DNA of 41,908 nt from a virus (Duplodnaviria > Caudoviricetes): IMG/VR virus record IMGVR_UViG_3300007643_000268, positions 1 to 41,908 of that record, one strand, 5' to 3'. This document shows positions 9,668 to 18,307 of this stretch, piece after piece. The notes under the pieces are model-generated. The model saw only the letters and a program-made list of their open reading frames with translations. It searched no databases and had not been told where the DNA came from. How positions within the stretch are numbered: the stretch's first letter is position 1; every line of letters begins with the position of its first letter. The translations under genes were made by a program, and so were the position numbers.

Positions 9668-11788
9668 TGTTTGTATTGCGTGGATACGGAACTGCATCCC
9701 GAGCGTGTTGAAATCGGTCTCACCGCTTTCAATCGTCGGCACACGCTTGCCACGCAAGTAAGCGATCTCGATCGCAGCCACATCATTCGGATCAGCCAGC
9801 AGATACCAGGCCGTTGAGCTGTTGCCGGGAATCGAGGTTACGCTCAAATACGGTGAACAGATCGGTCGAAACTTCCCGGCATGCGGGTTGTTGACTGGTT
9901 TCGCCTTGTTGTTGGCAGGAACCTGATTGAGCGGCAATTCCTTGAACAGCTGCTCGGCAGTGACTTTGAGCGACGTGGGAACCAGGACAATGGCAGGCTG
10001 CACCAGGATCGGTTTGCCCTGCTTGTCGACACGGTCCAGGAACATCTGTTCTGCGACGGTCAGTGATTCAATATCGAGAGCAGTCTCTGCCCCTTCGAAA
10101 TAGTTCTTGTTTCCCGTTGAGAAGAAAGCACCCGGATTCGAGAGCAACAGCGTGAAGACCACTTCTTCGAGTGCCAGAGCCGACATCCGACCGATTGCAC
10201 GCGGAATCTGCAGGAAAGCTCCCAGGTCATCGTTGATCATCATCTGCCGCGTGAGAGCGATCATCCGGCCCCACGTCTCGACCTGATTGGTGTAGGACTC
10301 TTCTTCCAGACCGGCATGCTTCAATTCACCATCGGCACCAACCTTCTGGAAAATGCCCGCTGCCGTCATCCGATAACGAGTCACCTGTTTGAAGTCGTTG
10401 ACGTCCGTTGCACCGCTGATCTGCGTCGCTACGGCATTCACTGCCTGGTAGGCCGCGAGCATCGTCTTTGTGGCGACATTCGAGAGAATCCCGGAGAGGC
10501 TCAGCGTTGAAAATCCGCTCGATGCCTGAATGAGTCGACCGTCCGCCACGAACGCAGCCCGAATCACATCGTTATCAATTCGTCCCGGACGAACATAGCC
10601 ACCGGAAGCACGAATCACCTCGTACAACAGCGTGTGCAGCCCAGCCCCACGCAGTTCGCGAGAGACAGCTTGGTTCATTGTCTTTTCATCATACAACTGG
10701 CCGACGCGATCTTCCGGGAGACCAGCGGAGAGACAGAGAGCCGCTTCAATACTGGTCGCTCGACGACCACTGCCATCGTCACTGTAGACTGGTTGCGCTT
10801 CTGCACGCTCAGCCCGCAGCAATTCCAGTTCGGCTCGCGTCTGGTCCCAGCCCTCATCGACAGCCCGCGATTCGAGATCTGCATGCTTTCCAGCGAAGAG
10901 TTGCGAAATGGCGGAGATTCGTTTGCGTTCGCTGGTCCAACGCTTGCGCATCTGGTCGATCGGATCGAGCGGAAGTTCCGGAGTAGAACTAGCAACCGTT
11001 GTCGACTTGGCAGGTGATGCCTCAACTGGTGAGTCAACTTCTGCTGTGGGTTCTTCGTCTTCCATCGATTCGTTGTTCTCCTTATCGAACAATGCACGCA
11101 TGTTCGTGTTTTGTTGTTCGTTGAGCGTATTGATGTCGAAGCCTTGCGCTGCGACCCATTGTTCGAATTCCATTGATTGGACCTCGATTTGGTTGGAAGA
11201 GGATTGAGAAACGGCTGCCATTCGGGCGACGGTTTGATCGTCGGCACCTAAGGCCACAAAACTGACTTCACGGAGAGTTGACTGTCGAGCCACATATAAT
11301 GGCCCGCTGAACTTACGACCGTTGACTTCGACGGACTCACTTCGGTCAACAAAGACCATCCGTTGAGCACTCGCTCCAATTGAGGCCTGCCACGGAAATC
11401 CGTTGTCTCCAGAGTCGCTCACTTCGCGGGCGTGATCATTGGAACCGGAAACAACACCGGAGAGTCTCAGGGCAGAGCCGTTGATCTCGATCGCTTCGGT
11501 GTGTCCGACGATCCGGCCGCTGTCATGATCCCTCAGAATTGGTCGACTCTTAGCTGGAATTTTCATTCCGGACAGATCGACCACGACGGGATACGGAAAA
11601 TTTCCCAGCAGGAGTTTACCACCGGTGTAGGCGGTCATCCGGAATCGTCGCAGCTTGGGAGAATCAGTCTCATCACTGTCGGCGGCTTCCAGTTGAAAGT
11701 CGCTGTTTCCGCTGGCCTCCAGTATGTGAAAGTCAGCTGGGACTCGCTGCAATTCAAGCAGCTTCGCGTTCGTCGCGATCTTCGGCAT
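9602..11788 (-). CDS. Prohead protease-scaffold-major capsid fusion, C-terminus apparently truncated near 9686
   Basis: Protease motifs ILRDHD, GFPWQASIG, LREVSFVALGAD, an acidic linker and a capsid-like region. After TLGMQFR the frame runs into sequence antisense to the HEPN gene. Start revised to ATG 11788. Confidence 0.85.
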   Translation of the reverse strand: MPKIATNAKLLELQRVPADFHILEASGNSDFQLEAADSDETDSPKLRRFRMTAYTGGKLLLGNFPYPVVVDLSGMKIPAKSRPILRDHDSGRIVGHTEAIEINGSALRLSGVVSGSNDHAREVSDSGDNGFPWQASIGASAQRMVFVDRSESVEVNGRKFSGPLYVARQSTLREVSFVALGADDQTVARMAAVSQSSSNQIEVQSMEFEQWVAAQGFDINTLNEQQNTNMRALFDKENNESMEDEEPTAEVDSPVEASPAKSTTVASSTPELPLDPIDQMRKRWTSERKRISAISQLFAGKHADLESRAVDEGWDQTRAELELLRAERAEAQPVYSDDGSGRRATSIEAALCLSAGLPEDRVGQLYDEKTMNQAVSRELRGAGLHTLLYEVIRASGGYVRPGRIDNDVIRAAFVADGRLIQASSGFSTLSLSGILSNVATKTMLAAYQAVNAVATQISGATDVNDFKQVTRYRMTAAGIFQKVGADGELKHAGLEEESYTNQVETWGRMIALTRQMMINDDLGAFLQIPRAIGRMSALALEEVVFTLLLSNPGAFFSTGNKNYFEGAETALDIESLTVAEQMFLDRVDKQGKPILVQPAIVLVPTSLKVTAEQLFKELPLNQVPANNKAKPVNNPHAGKFRPICSPYLSVTSIPGNSSTAWYLLADPNDVAAIEIAYLRGKRVPTIESGETDFNTLGMQFRIHAIQTLVPAQFQIRHVDSPISQQPFE

Positions 11789-13217
11789 CGGACTCCTCTT
11801 CATTGGATGGTGTCGGAGACTGGCCTGGCAATAAGAGCCCCAGTTCGGTGACCAGTTGCTGCTCCTTGGCTCGCTGGCGAAGTTGCGTCTCCCAGTCGAG
11901 CCCACGCCGGGCATACTCGTCGGCATATGTGGTGGTGTGGTTCGCCAGTCGCAATGCCTGGGCACTCGATTCTTTCAAAGGATCGACATGCTCGTGACCG
12001 TCGAAGAACCACGTATGAGGTGCGGACGATTGGTCCAGGTTCCGACCAAGTCGTAATCGCGGCAGTCGTAAAGCCTCGGCCATCCAGGCATTCAGGATTC
12101 GGTCGAGGACAACAGCTTCGAGATGGACTTGCTCGACGCGAATCGCTTTGAAATACGTTTGATGATCGAGGCGTCCGGACGCGTAATTGTACCCCGACGA
12201 GTTTCCGGCTGAGATTGCAAACGGCATGTTGAGACAACGTGCGATCTCATTCAGAATTTCACGTTTAAACTCGCCATACGTTGTCGTTGGAAATTGAGCC
12301 TCAAGTTGACTCATCTTCCAACCACCCGGCATCGTCATCAGCATGCCACGTTCGAGTTCAATGATATCCATCGGCTCGACAGAATCCGCCTCTCCATTCG
12401 CGGGAGCGTCGGTATAAAGGACACCACCGGGCAAGGCTGCAATTTCCGCCGCCGTGATGACCGCCAATGTGTATCGGCGCAACTGGGCGAACAATGGCAA
12501 TGCAGGCGTGATGTCAGGAATTCCGCGTCCCTGACCTGCCCGATCCTGACGGAAGTAGTGAATGATGTTCCGAGCAGGAACACGTGAGTATTCGTCGTAG
12601 AGTGTGCCAGTCGGATCGCCGGGGTGCTGTTTGAGAATGTGGTATTCGACTGGATTGCCATGTCGATCAAAGACAATGCCATCCAATGCATTTGGTTCAT
12701 CGCCGAACAAATCCGGCGTGGTGACTTGATCCGCTTCAATCAACTGCAGATCAAGTTGAACCTGCGTGGAGAGTGCTGGGTTGTTGATCAGTTTGGCGAA
12801 TCCCTCTCCGTCTGATGCTCGCGACATTCGCAACGTACGGAGTTTTTCAGGCAGCCCGATCGCTCGTGACCAGAGCATCCATTCCTGTTCAATCTGGCGA
12901 TTGACCTCGGCGTTCTCTGTCAACATCTGCAAACGTGGACCGGTTCCGATCACGTCGTTGGCCAGTGTTAGTACGATTCCACGAGCATAACTGTTGTTGG
13001 CAACTTCATAACGTGCCCGGTTTCGCAGCAATCGTCGCACGTCAGGACTGTTGGCCGCGTTCGCTGACAGATTATCCGCATTCGCCCAGTGTCGCCGATT
13101 CTGATCGTTTGTGACCGCTGCGTCATAGCGGGCACGAATCAAACGCAGTGCCTGCATGACTTCAGGCGATGCAGTCTGCGCCGATGAATTCCAGAATGAC
13201 TTGATCCAATTCAACAA
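11754..13217 (-). CDS. Phage portal protein, lambda family
   Basis: LRNRARYEVANNSYARG, LQLIEADQV, RAGQGRGIP and NYASGR motifs. Between terminase and capsid. Confidence 0.93.
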   Translation of the reverse strand: MLNWIKSFWNSSAQTASPEVMQALRLIRARYDAAVTNDQNRRHWANADNLSANAANSPDVRRLLRNRARYEVANNSYARGIVLTLANDVIGTGPRLQMLTENAEVNRQIEQEWMLWSRAIGLPEKLRTLRMSRASDGEGFAKLINNPALSTQVQLDLQLIEADQVTTPDLFGDEPNALDGIVFDRHGNPVEYHILKQHPGDPTGTLYDEYSRVPARNIIHYFRQDRAGQGRGIPDITPALPLFAQLRRYTLAVITAAEIAALPGGVLYTDAPANGEADSVEPMDIIELERGMLMTMPGGWKMSQLEAQFPTTTYGEFKREILNEIARCLNMPFAISAGNSSGYNYASGRLDHQTYFKAIRVEQVHLEAVVLDRILNAWMAEALRLPRLRLGRNLDQSSAPHTWFFDGHEHVDPLKESSAQALRLANHTTTYADEYARRGLDWETQLRQRAKEQQLVTELGLLLPGQSPTPSNEEESDAEDRDEREAA

Positions 13218-13219
13218 GA

Positions 13220-13426
13220 TCAGGAGGTTCCCGGTGGAGCGAGTTTGGTAAAGCCGATGCCGCGAGTTTTTGATTCGGCGGCTTGCTTTGAGGCGAGATA
13301 GCGATCTGCCTCGATCTGGTCTTTCAGAGAGTGTTGTTTGATTCCACCCGAATCGCCATGAGCCTCTGCCGGCCCCTGGGCATTTTCGCGAATGGACGGT
13401 TCAAGGCTGGTTTCGTCGTTTGACAA
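13220..13426 (-). CDS. gpW-like head completion protein
   Basis: 68 aa between terminase and portal, the same position and size as lambda W. TTG start with a GGGGG RBS-like run upstream. Confidence 0.6.
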   Translation of the reverse strand: MSNDETSLEPSIRENAQGPAEAHGDSGGIKQHSLKDQIEADRYLASKQAAESKTRGIGFTKLAPPGTS

Positions 13427-13431
13427 AAGTG

Positions 13432-13485
13432 TGTCCCCCTACTGTTAGGCTTTTGAATCGGCGCTATTTCGGGCGGTCACTTTTT
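13432..13485 (-). promoter_or_regulatory. 54-bp conserved element, copy 1 (upstream of gpW-portal-capsid operon)
   Basis: Sense AAAAAGTGACCGCCCGAAATAGCGCCGATTCAAAAGCCTAACAGTAGGGGGACA, 5 mismatches to copy 3. Confidence 0.75.
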
Positions 13486-13532
13486 GATTGAATTCACAAT
13501 TTTCTTAAAAGTTTTCGTTTCATGTTGTCTGG

Positions 13533-15857
13533 TTAATACGATCGACGTCGCTGTAAATCGGACAGTTTGATTCGCCCCTTGCTTCTACGTCGTGTGCTGG
13601 ATTCATGTTCCGTCAACGTGACTCCGAGAATCGAGGCAGCGACCGCATTCCCCACCAGGCAATCGAGCCAGTGGTTATCGGGATGACTGGGACGAGGTTT
13701 CCATTCATCGACGGTGCGACCGCGCCCTTCGGTTCGAACGCGGTATTCGGCAACGAGATGTTCGGCGAAGAGGCGATGAGCCTCTGGCTTCTGACCAAAC
13801 AACGCCAACGACCCTTTGTCCGCCATTGCGACGGCCAGACGCGCAAATGTGAATGACTTCCAGAAGTTGGTGTCGTACGTGACGTGACGCATGGCCCGTT
13901 TGCCAGTCATCACAGGGATGCGCCAGTTGAGTCCGACTCGATCACCCGGTCGGCGTTTGTAGTCGGAGAATGGCAGGCTCGACGCCCCGACGAACCGTCC
14001 GTGACTGGGTAGAAGTAACGTCGCGTGCGGTGACTGTCGACAGAACTGGTAGACCACATCGGTCGACGTTCCCCAGTTGGCATCGATGAGGCAACGTTCA
14101 ATCCGCAGTGTAGCCCCGTCCTCACGCTGCCATTCTCGCGACAGTTGCCTCTCGGTGAGCGATTGCAGGCCCGTATAAATGGCACCTTCGAGACCAGTTC
14201 CCTCCGCCTCGGTTGACAGTGTCTTCGTCACGTCACGTAGTGAGAAGTAAGCTCGCTGGGGATCGGGCCAGGCTCCGTATTCCAGCACCGCGCCGCTGAA
14301 ATCTTCTCCCCAACCGCAGACAACGTAGAACAGCAGCTTCTGCTGGACGTCGATGAACATCGTCAGATGCTGACAACCAAGCGGAACGCAACATTTCGGC
14401 AGGCCATTCAGTTTGGCAGCGATCTGCTCAGCGGTCAGTTCATTCTCATCAACCTCAACTTCCGGCAACGGTTCATTCTGGTATTCAGCCCAGAATGCGG
14501 CCTCATCCTGCAACTTGAGGTTCATCGCGTGCTGGATCGCCGACAACTCGTCGTAATTGAACCGCTCTGGCCAGGCGATCTTCGAGCCGTCATCCATCGA
14601 TTCTTGATGCTGACGATAGAATTCTGTCGCCGCAGCACCTGCATCTTCGTTCCGAAGGCCTTCCGCTCGTAGTTCAGCGTACCGATCCCACAGTTTGGTT
14701 TCGGTTGGGAACGCGTAGACCATCTTGGTCCGTTCCCCTTGCCATTGCGGGTGGTGGTCCCTGTTCAGAATCCTGTCGGCCATGTCATCTGGGCGAATCA
14801 CCGTGCAGGGCATGATCCCTGAGATCTTATGACCCGGACCGGCGAGACCCAACACTGCGCCAGCGAGAATGCTTTCACGTTGCTGGCATTGGGAGACCGA
14901 TCTTGCGGACTCGTCTGTTTGCGGGTCGTCGAGCACCACGAGGCTGGGACGAACCGATTTACCATCCGGTCGTTTGAACTTCATGCCCCGGATGCGACCA
15001 GTGATACCAGCCACTTTGATGATTGCTCCGCCTCCGAGCGCGCGACCATCTTCGCGAATCAATGATTCATGTATCTTATCCTCAGACCAGCCTTTCGGCT
15101 GTAGCGTCGGCAGGACGATGTATTTCGCTGTCCAGCCGATATGCGTCCTGTCTCCGTGATAGAGTTGACCGTTGCAGCGGTTGGCGATTCCATCGAGTGA
15201 CTGAATCGGATGACAGACCTCGGGATAGTCCGCCAGTAATGACTCGTTGGCATCCAGTTCTGTCTTGATCGATTCGAGCATGTCCATTGCATGCCCTTCG
15301 TCGGAGCCGATCAGGCAAACGAACTCTCGATGCCCGTTCAGCACTGCCCAAATGCATGCACACTCACAGATGGTCGTCTTGCCAGATCCGCGTGGCATCG
15401 CCATCGCAAACAAGCCGCCTTGCAACACGGCCTGCTCAATCTTTCGCAGAACTTTCCGGTGGTCATCGGACCATGCCAGATGGAAAGATTGCGGGAAGTA
15501 TGACTCACAGAAGAACTGAAAGTTGGTGGCAGATTTCAACCGTCGCGCTGGATCAGCGATCGCTGGCAGGTCGCCGATGTCACGACCGGACGCTGACAGT
15601 TCTGCGCTGTGACGTGCCGTTCGGTCTTTGTGTTGGTCATATGACTCGGCTGGCTGCGCTGGCTTCGGGTGATGCCGTTCCCATGCCAGCCATGCCGCAT
15701 AACGTACAAGGTCAACATGCTTCCCGTCGCCGATGCGAAAACCGGCGCGCTGCCGGTCACGGTACAGCTGGCGCTCGCTGGTGACTTCACCGAGCGGCGA
15801 CGAGTTCAGTATCCGAACCAGTTCACTGGGACGCAATCGTTGAGGGTTAATCGCCAC
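13533..15857 (-). CDS. Terminase large subunit (gpA-like) with N-terminal HTH-like extension
   Basis: Walker A MPRGSGKTT, Walker B LVVLDD, nuclease motifs FIDVQ, IDANWG and DNHWLDC. Upstream of portal. Confidence 0.93.
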   Translation of the reverse strand: MAINPQRLRPSELVRILNSSPLGEVTSERQLYRDRQRAGFRIGDGKHVDLVRYAAWLAWERHHPKPAQPAESYDQHKDRTARHSAELSASGRDIGDLPAIADPARRLKSATNFQFFCESYFPQSFHLAWSDDHRKVLRKIEQAVLQGGLFAMAMPRGSGKTTICECACIWAVLNGHREFVCLIGSDEGHAMDMLESIKTELDANESLLADYPEVCHPIQSLDGIANRCNGQLYHGDRTHIGWTAKYIVLPTLQPKGWSEDKIHESLIREDGRALGGGAIIKVAGITGRIRGMKFKRPDGKSVRPSLVVLDDPQTDESARSVSQCQQRESILAGAVLGLAGPGHKISGIMPCTVIRPDDMADRILNRDHHPQWQGERTKMVYAFPTETKLWDRYAELRAEGLRNEDAGAAATEFYRQHQESMDDGSKIAWPERFNYDELSAIQHAMNLKLQDEAAFWAEYQNEPLPEVEVDENELTAEQIAAKLNGLPKCCVPLGCQHLTMFIDVQQKLLFYVVCGWGEDFSGAVLEYGAWPDPQRAYFSLRDVTKTLSTEAEGTGLEGAIYTGLQSLTERQLSREWQREDGATLRIERCLIDANWGTSTDVVYQFCRQSPHATLLLPSHGRFVGASSLPFSDYKRRPGDRVGLNWRIPVMTGKRAMRHVTYDTNFWKSFTFARLAVAMADKGSLALFGQKPEAHRLFAEHLVAEYRVRTEGRGRTVDEWKPRPSHPDNHWLDCLVGNAVAASILGVTLTEHESSTRRRSKGRIKLSDLQRRRSY

Positions 15858-16059
15858 GGCTTTGTCCTCCGCGTCCTTGCACCAGCCACGCAGTGTATGT
15901 CACGAGATTCATCGTGCTGTCACCATTTAACGGCGCACCGGCAGCGACGTCTGCGTTGATCTGTTCTGGTGAAATCAATCGACCTCCCGCCTTTGACAAC
16001 AGCTTCGCCGCATCGGACACCGTGAGCGCGAGTGGATTGATCGGTGCATCTTGGGACAT
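15847..16059 (-). CDS. Small HTH-like protein (terminase small subunit candidate)
   Basis: 70 aa overlapping the terminase start; resembles the terminase N-terminal segment (LVTYTAWL vs LVRYAAWL). Confidence 0.55.
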   Translation of the reverse strand: MSQDAPINPLALTVSDAAKLLSKAGGRLISPEQINADVAAGAPLNGDSTMNLVTYTAWLVQGRGGQSRGD

Positions 16060-16330
16060 GTCAAAAACCTCTTTCCCTTAGACCTCTGCACGGTCGTTGA
16101 GGGCTGAAACTACGAAGAAACGGCGATAGAGATGCCAACGTTCTGAATCGAAAATTACTGTGTTTTCTGCTGCGAACTGAGTGGATGACGTTCCGCCATC
16201 GAGGTAACTCATGTCACGTCGCAACAGCGATGCGACGCGATTGCCGAAACGCCTAAGGGCGTCGTCACGAGGTGGTTCTCGCGACCTGACGATGGCAGCC
16301 AACCATCAGCACTCAATTCGGAGAACGAAC

Positions 16331-16933
16331 ATGGCGACCAAGACCAAGTCCACAAAAATCACGAGCGTCAAAAAGGGAGACATCTACGAAACCAAGTCTG
16401 GCCAACTGATCGAGGTTACCAACGGACGCCTGAAATCTGAGGGCGACCAAGGCTCCTCTTTCGAAGGTCGAGCGATCGAATTCAATCTGGAGACTGGTAA
16501 CCCCAATCGTTCCAAGACGACCGACCGGTTCTACCTCGACGAGCTTGCAAAGAAGCTCACGAAGGCTGAGTTCAACGAATGGGTTGAAGTCGGACGCCGC
16601 GAAGCCGAAGCAATGGCCGATGCCAAGAATCCATCTACGGAAACTGAACCAGTCAAATCACCAGCCCCAAAGCGTGCGAAGACCGCCAAGCCCAAGACCA
16701 AAGGTAAGCTCAGCCAACTCGATGCGGCAGTCAAGGTCCTCACCGAAGCGAGCGAACCGATGACCACGAAGGCGATGATCGAAGCGATGGCTGCCAAAGG
16801 CTACTGGACCAGCCCTGGCGGAAAGACTCCCCATGCGACGCTGTATTCAGCACTGCTTCGTGAAATCCAAAACAAAGGCCAAGATTCCCGGTTCACCAAA
16901 GTCGACCGAGGTCAATTCGGACTCAAGAAGTAG
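16331..16933 (+). CDS. HARE-HTH (HB1/ASXL/restriction endonuclease) winged-helix protein
   Basis: C-terminal LSQLDAAVKVL..GGKTPHATLYSALLREI..SRFTKVDRGQF and a Lys-rich linker. Start revised to ATG 16331 after GGAG. Confidence 0.8.
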   Translation: MATKTKSTKITSVKKGDIYETKSGQLIEVTNGRLKSEGDQGSSFEGRAIEFNLETGNPNRSKTTDRFYLDELAKKLTKAEFNEWVEVGRREAEAMADAKNPSTETEPVKSPAPKRAKTAKPKTKGKLSQLDAAVKVLTEASEPMTTKAMIEAMAAKGYWTSPGGKTPHATLYSALLREIQNKGQDSRFTKVDRGQFGLKK

Positions 16934-16942
16934 GAGACCGAC

Positions 16943-17137
16943 ATAACCAACAATGAACATAAAGTCGGGGACGCGATTCGCAAGGTAGCCGTCGCGATGC
17001 AAAATGCCATCGGCGACGGTTACCGATCACGGATGATCGATGCCCACGATCTGGTCGAGATGCTCCTGTCGATGCTGGATGTAATCGAATTCGACTTCCC
17101 GGCGCAGATAAGTCCGTCCGTTCCGACGAGTATGTGA
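16943..17137 (+). pseudogene. Small ORF with ATA in place of a start codon
   Basis: RBS TAGGAG, then ATA and an open frame of 64 codons (ITNNEHKVGDAIRKVAVAMQNAIGDGYRSRMIDAHDLVEMLLSML...). Not in the ORF track. Confidence 0.45.
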
Positions 17138-17187
17138 CCACCTTCGATCTCAGAACTTTGTAATTCATTTGTGTTGAGCATCAAGAG

Positions 17188-18090
17188 TTACTCGCGCGAT
17201 GCCACGTTCCACTCACCAGAATCATCCTGATAGTGAACTCTCCAAGGAAGCTGGCAGTCCTTCTCTACAAAGTACTGCGTGATGTCATCAGACGAAAATT
17301 CGGGATGGTCTCCGACGAGGACAAGGTCAACTCGCTTCCAAGTCATTTCTGGGGGCGGGCTTTCCCAGATCGGACATGGATTGCTTCCGGCAACTTGAAC
17401 GTCAGATACCACCTTGGTCATGGGAACAACGACAACTACGTGGTCTGCAGAAATCCACAGAACCTCGGCAAGATTTGCTGACTCTTCACATCCGTAAAAA
17501 GGCCCGTGAAAAGGACTGACCCACTTTGGGCTTAATACTGCGACCTTAAACTTTTCCTCGCCACGAAACTTGTTTTCGATGTAGTCCCAGGCTTGACGGT
17601 CTGTACGTCGAAAAACGTCACCAAACGTCTGGTCGTCAACCGCACGACCGCTAACATAGAATGAGTCATTCCGGCGATTAGCTTTGTTTGGAGCTAAATG
17701 CAAGTACGCCAACCGACAGTTGGTATTGATCACACATCCCTTCAGCCGGTGTCGAGTAATTGCCTTCGCGATCTCGAGGCTGCATTCGCCCGCCTCAAGA
17801 AACAGCTTCGTATCGCTTGCTATCAACTTGGCACCAACGACCCGGTCGGCTGCAGCCGCCTTTTTGTCACTGTCCGAATGTGCCGCTAAACAAGCGAGGC
17901 CACTCAAATGTAGAGCTTCGCTGAGGTCATCTGTTCTCTCGATACGCCGCAGTCGTTCGTCAACTCCTTGAATCATCGATTTAAGGTGTTGGACTTCTTG
18001 AATAAGTGAACTGAGAGCCCCATCATCCATTGAGACGTTTGAGTCCGCTATGCGGCCGGATGTCGTTGAATTGTTTGCAGAATTTGACAT
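17188..18090 (-). CDS. DeoR-type C-terminal sensor domain protein with N-terminal coiled coil, no obvious HTH
   Basis: KKAAAA..KLI..LFLEAGECSLEIAKAI..VINTN..SG resembles the DeoRC pattern (IFLDSGTT..LA..VITN). Confidence 0.6.
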   Translation of the reverse strand: MSNSANNSTTSGRIADSNVSMDDGALSSLIQEVQHLKSMIQGVDERLRRIERTDDLSEALHLSGLACLAAHSDSDKKAAAADRVVGAKLIASDTKLFLEAGECSLEIAKAITRHRLKGCVINTNCRLAYLHLAPNKANRRNDSFYVSGRAVDDQTFGDVFRRTDRQAWDYIENKFRGEEKFKVAVLSPKWVSPFHGPFYGCEESANLAEVLWISADHVVVVVPMTKVVSDVQVAGSNPCPIWESPPPEMTWKRVDLVLVGDHPEFSSDDITQYFVEKDCQLPWRVHYQDDSGEWNVASRE

Positions 18091-18187
18091 TTTTCACCTC
18101 GGAGTAGAATCGATTGAATAGAAGTCACAAGAAACAGAGGAATGCAACGAGCTTTCCAAAAGCACCGATCGTAACGGTAATTCATCG

Positions 18188-18241
18188 TGAGACGGTTGTC
18201 AATAATTAAATGAAACGACATGTGCCGATTAGTGAAACGAC
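18188..18241. promoter_or_regulatory. Direct-repeat operator candidate between the divergent genes
   Basis: TGAAACGAC at 18211 and 18233 (22-bp period), plus degenerate TGAGACGGT at 18188. Confidence 0.5.
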
Positions 18242-18307
18242 GCCCTGTACATTTGCGGGACGGTACGCAATCATCTCAAGTGATCAGCTAATCAAATGAG
18301 GTGAAAT

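Noticed and set aside
8878-9685. IS element or integron cassette as carrier of the HEPN gene
   Set aside because: No transposase, terminal inverted repeats, target duplication or attC-like palindrome seen at the junctions.
11789-11965. N-terminal 59 aa of the 787-aa capsid ORF
   Set aside because: Deep overlap with the portal gene; ATG 11788 after GAGGAG is the better start.
16078-16302. 74-aa minus ORF and the 16211-16330 extension of the HARE-HTH ORF
   Set aside because: No motifs or RBS; probably divergent promoter DNA.
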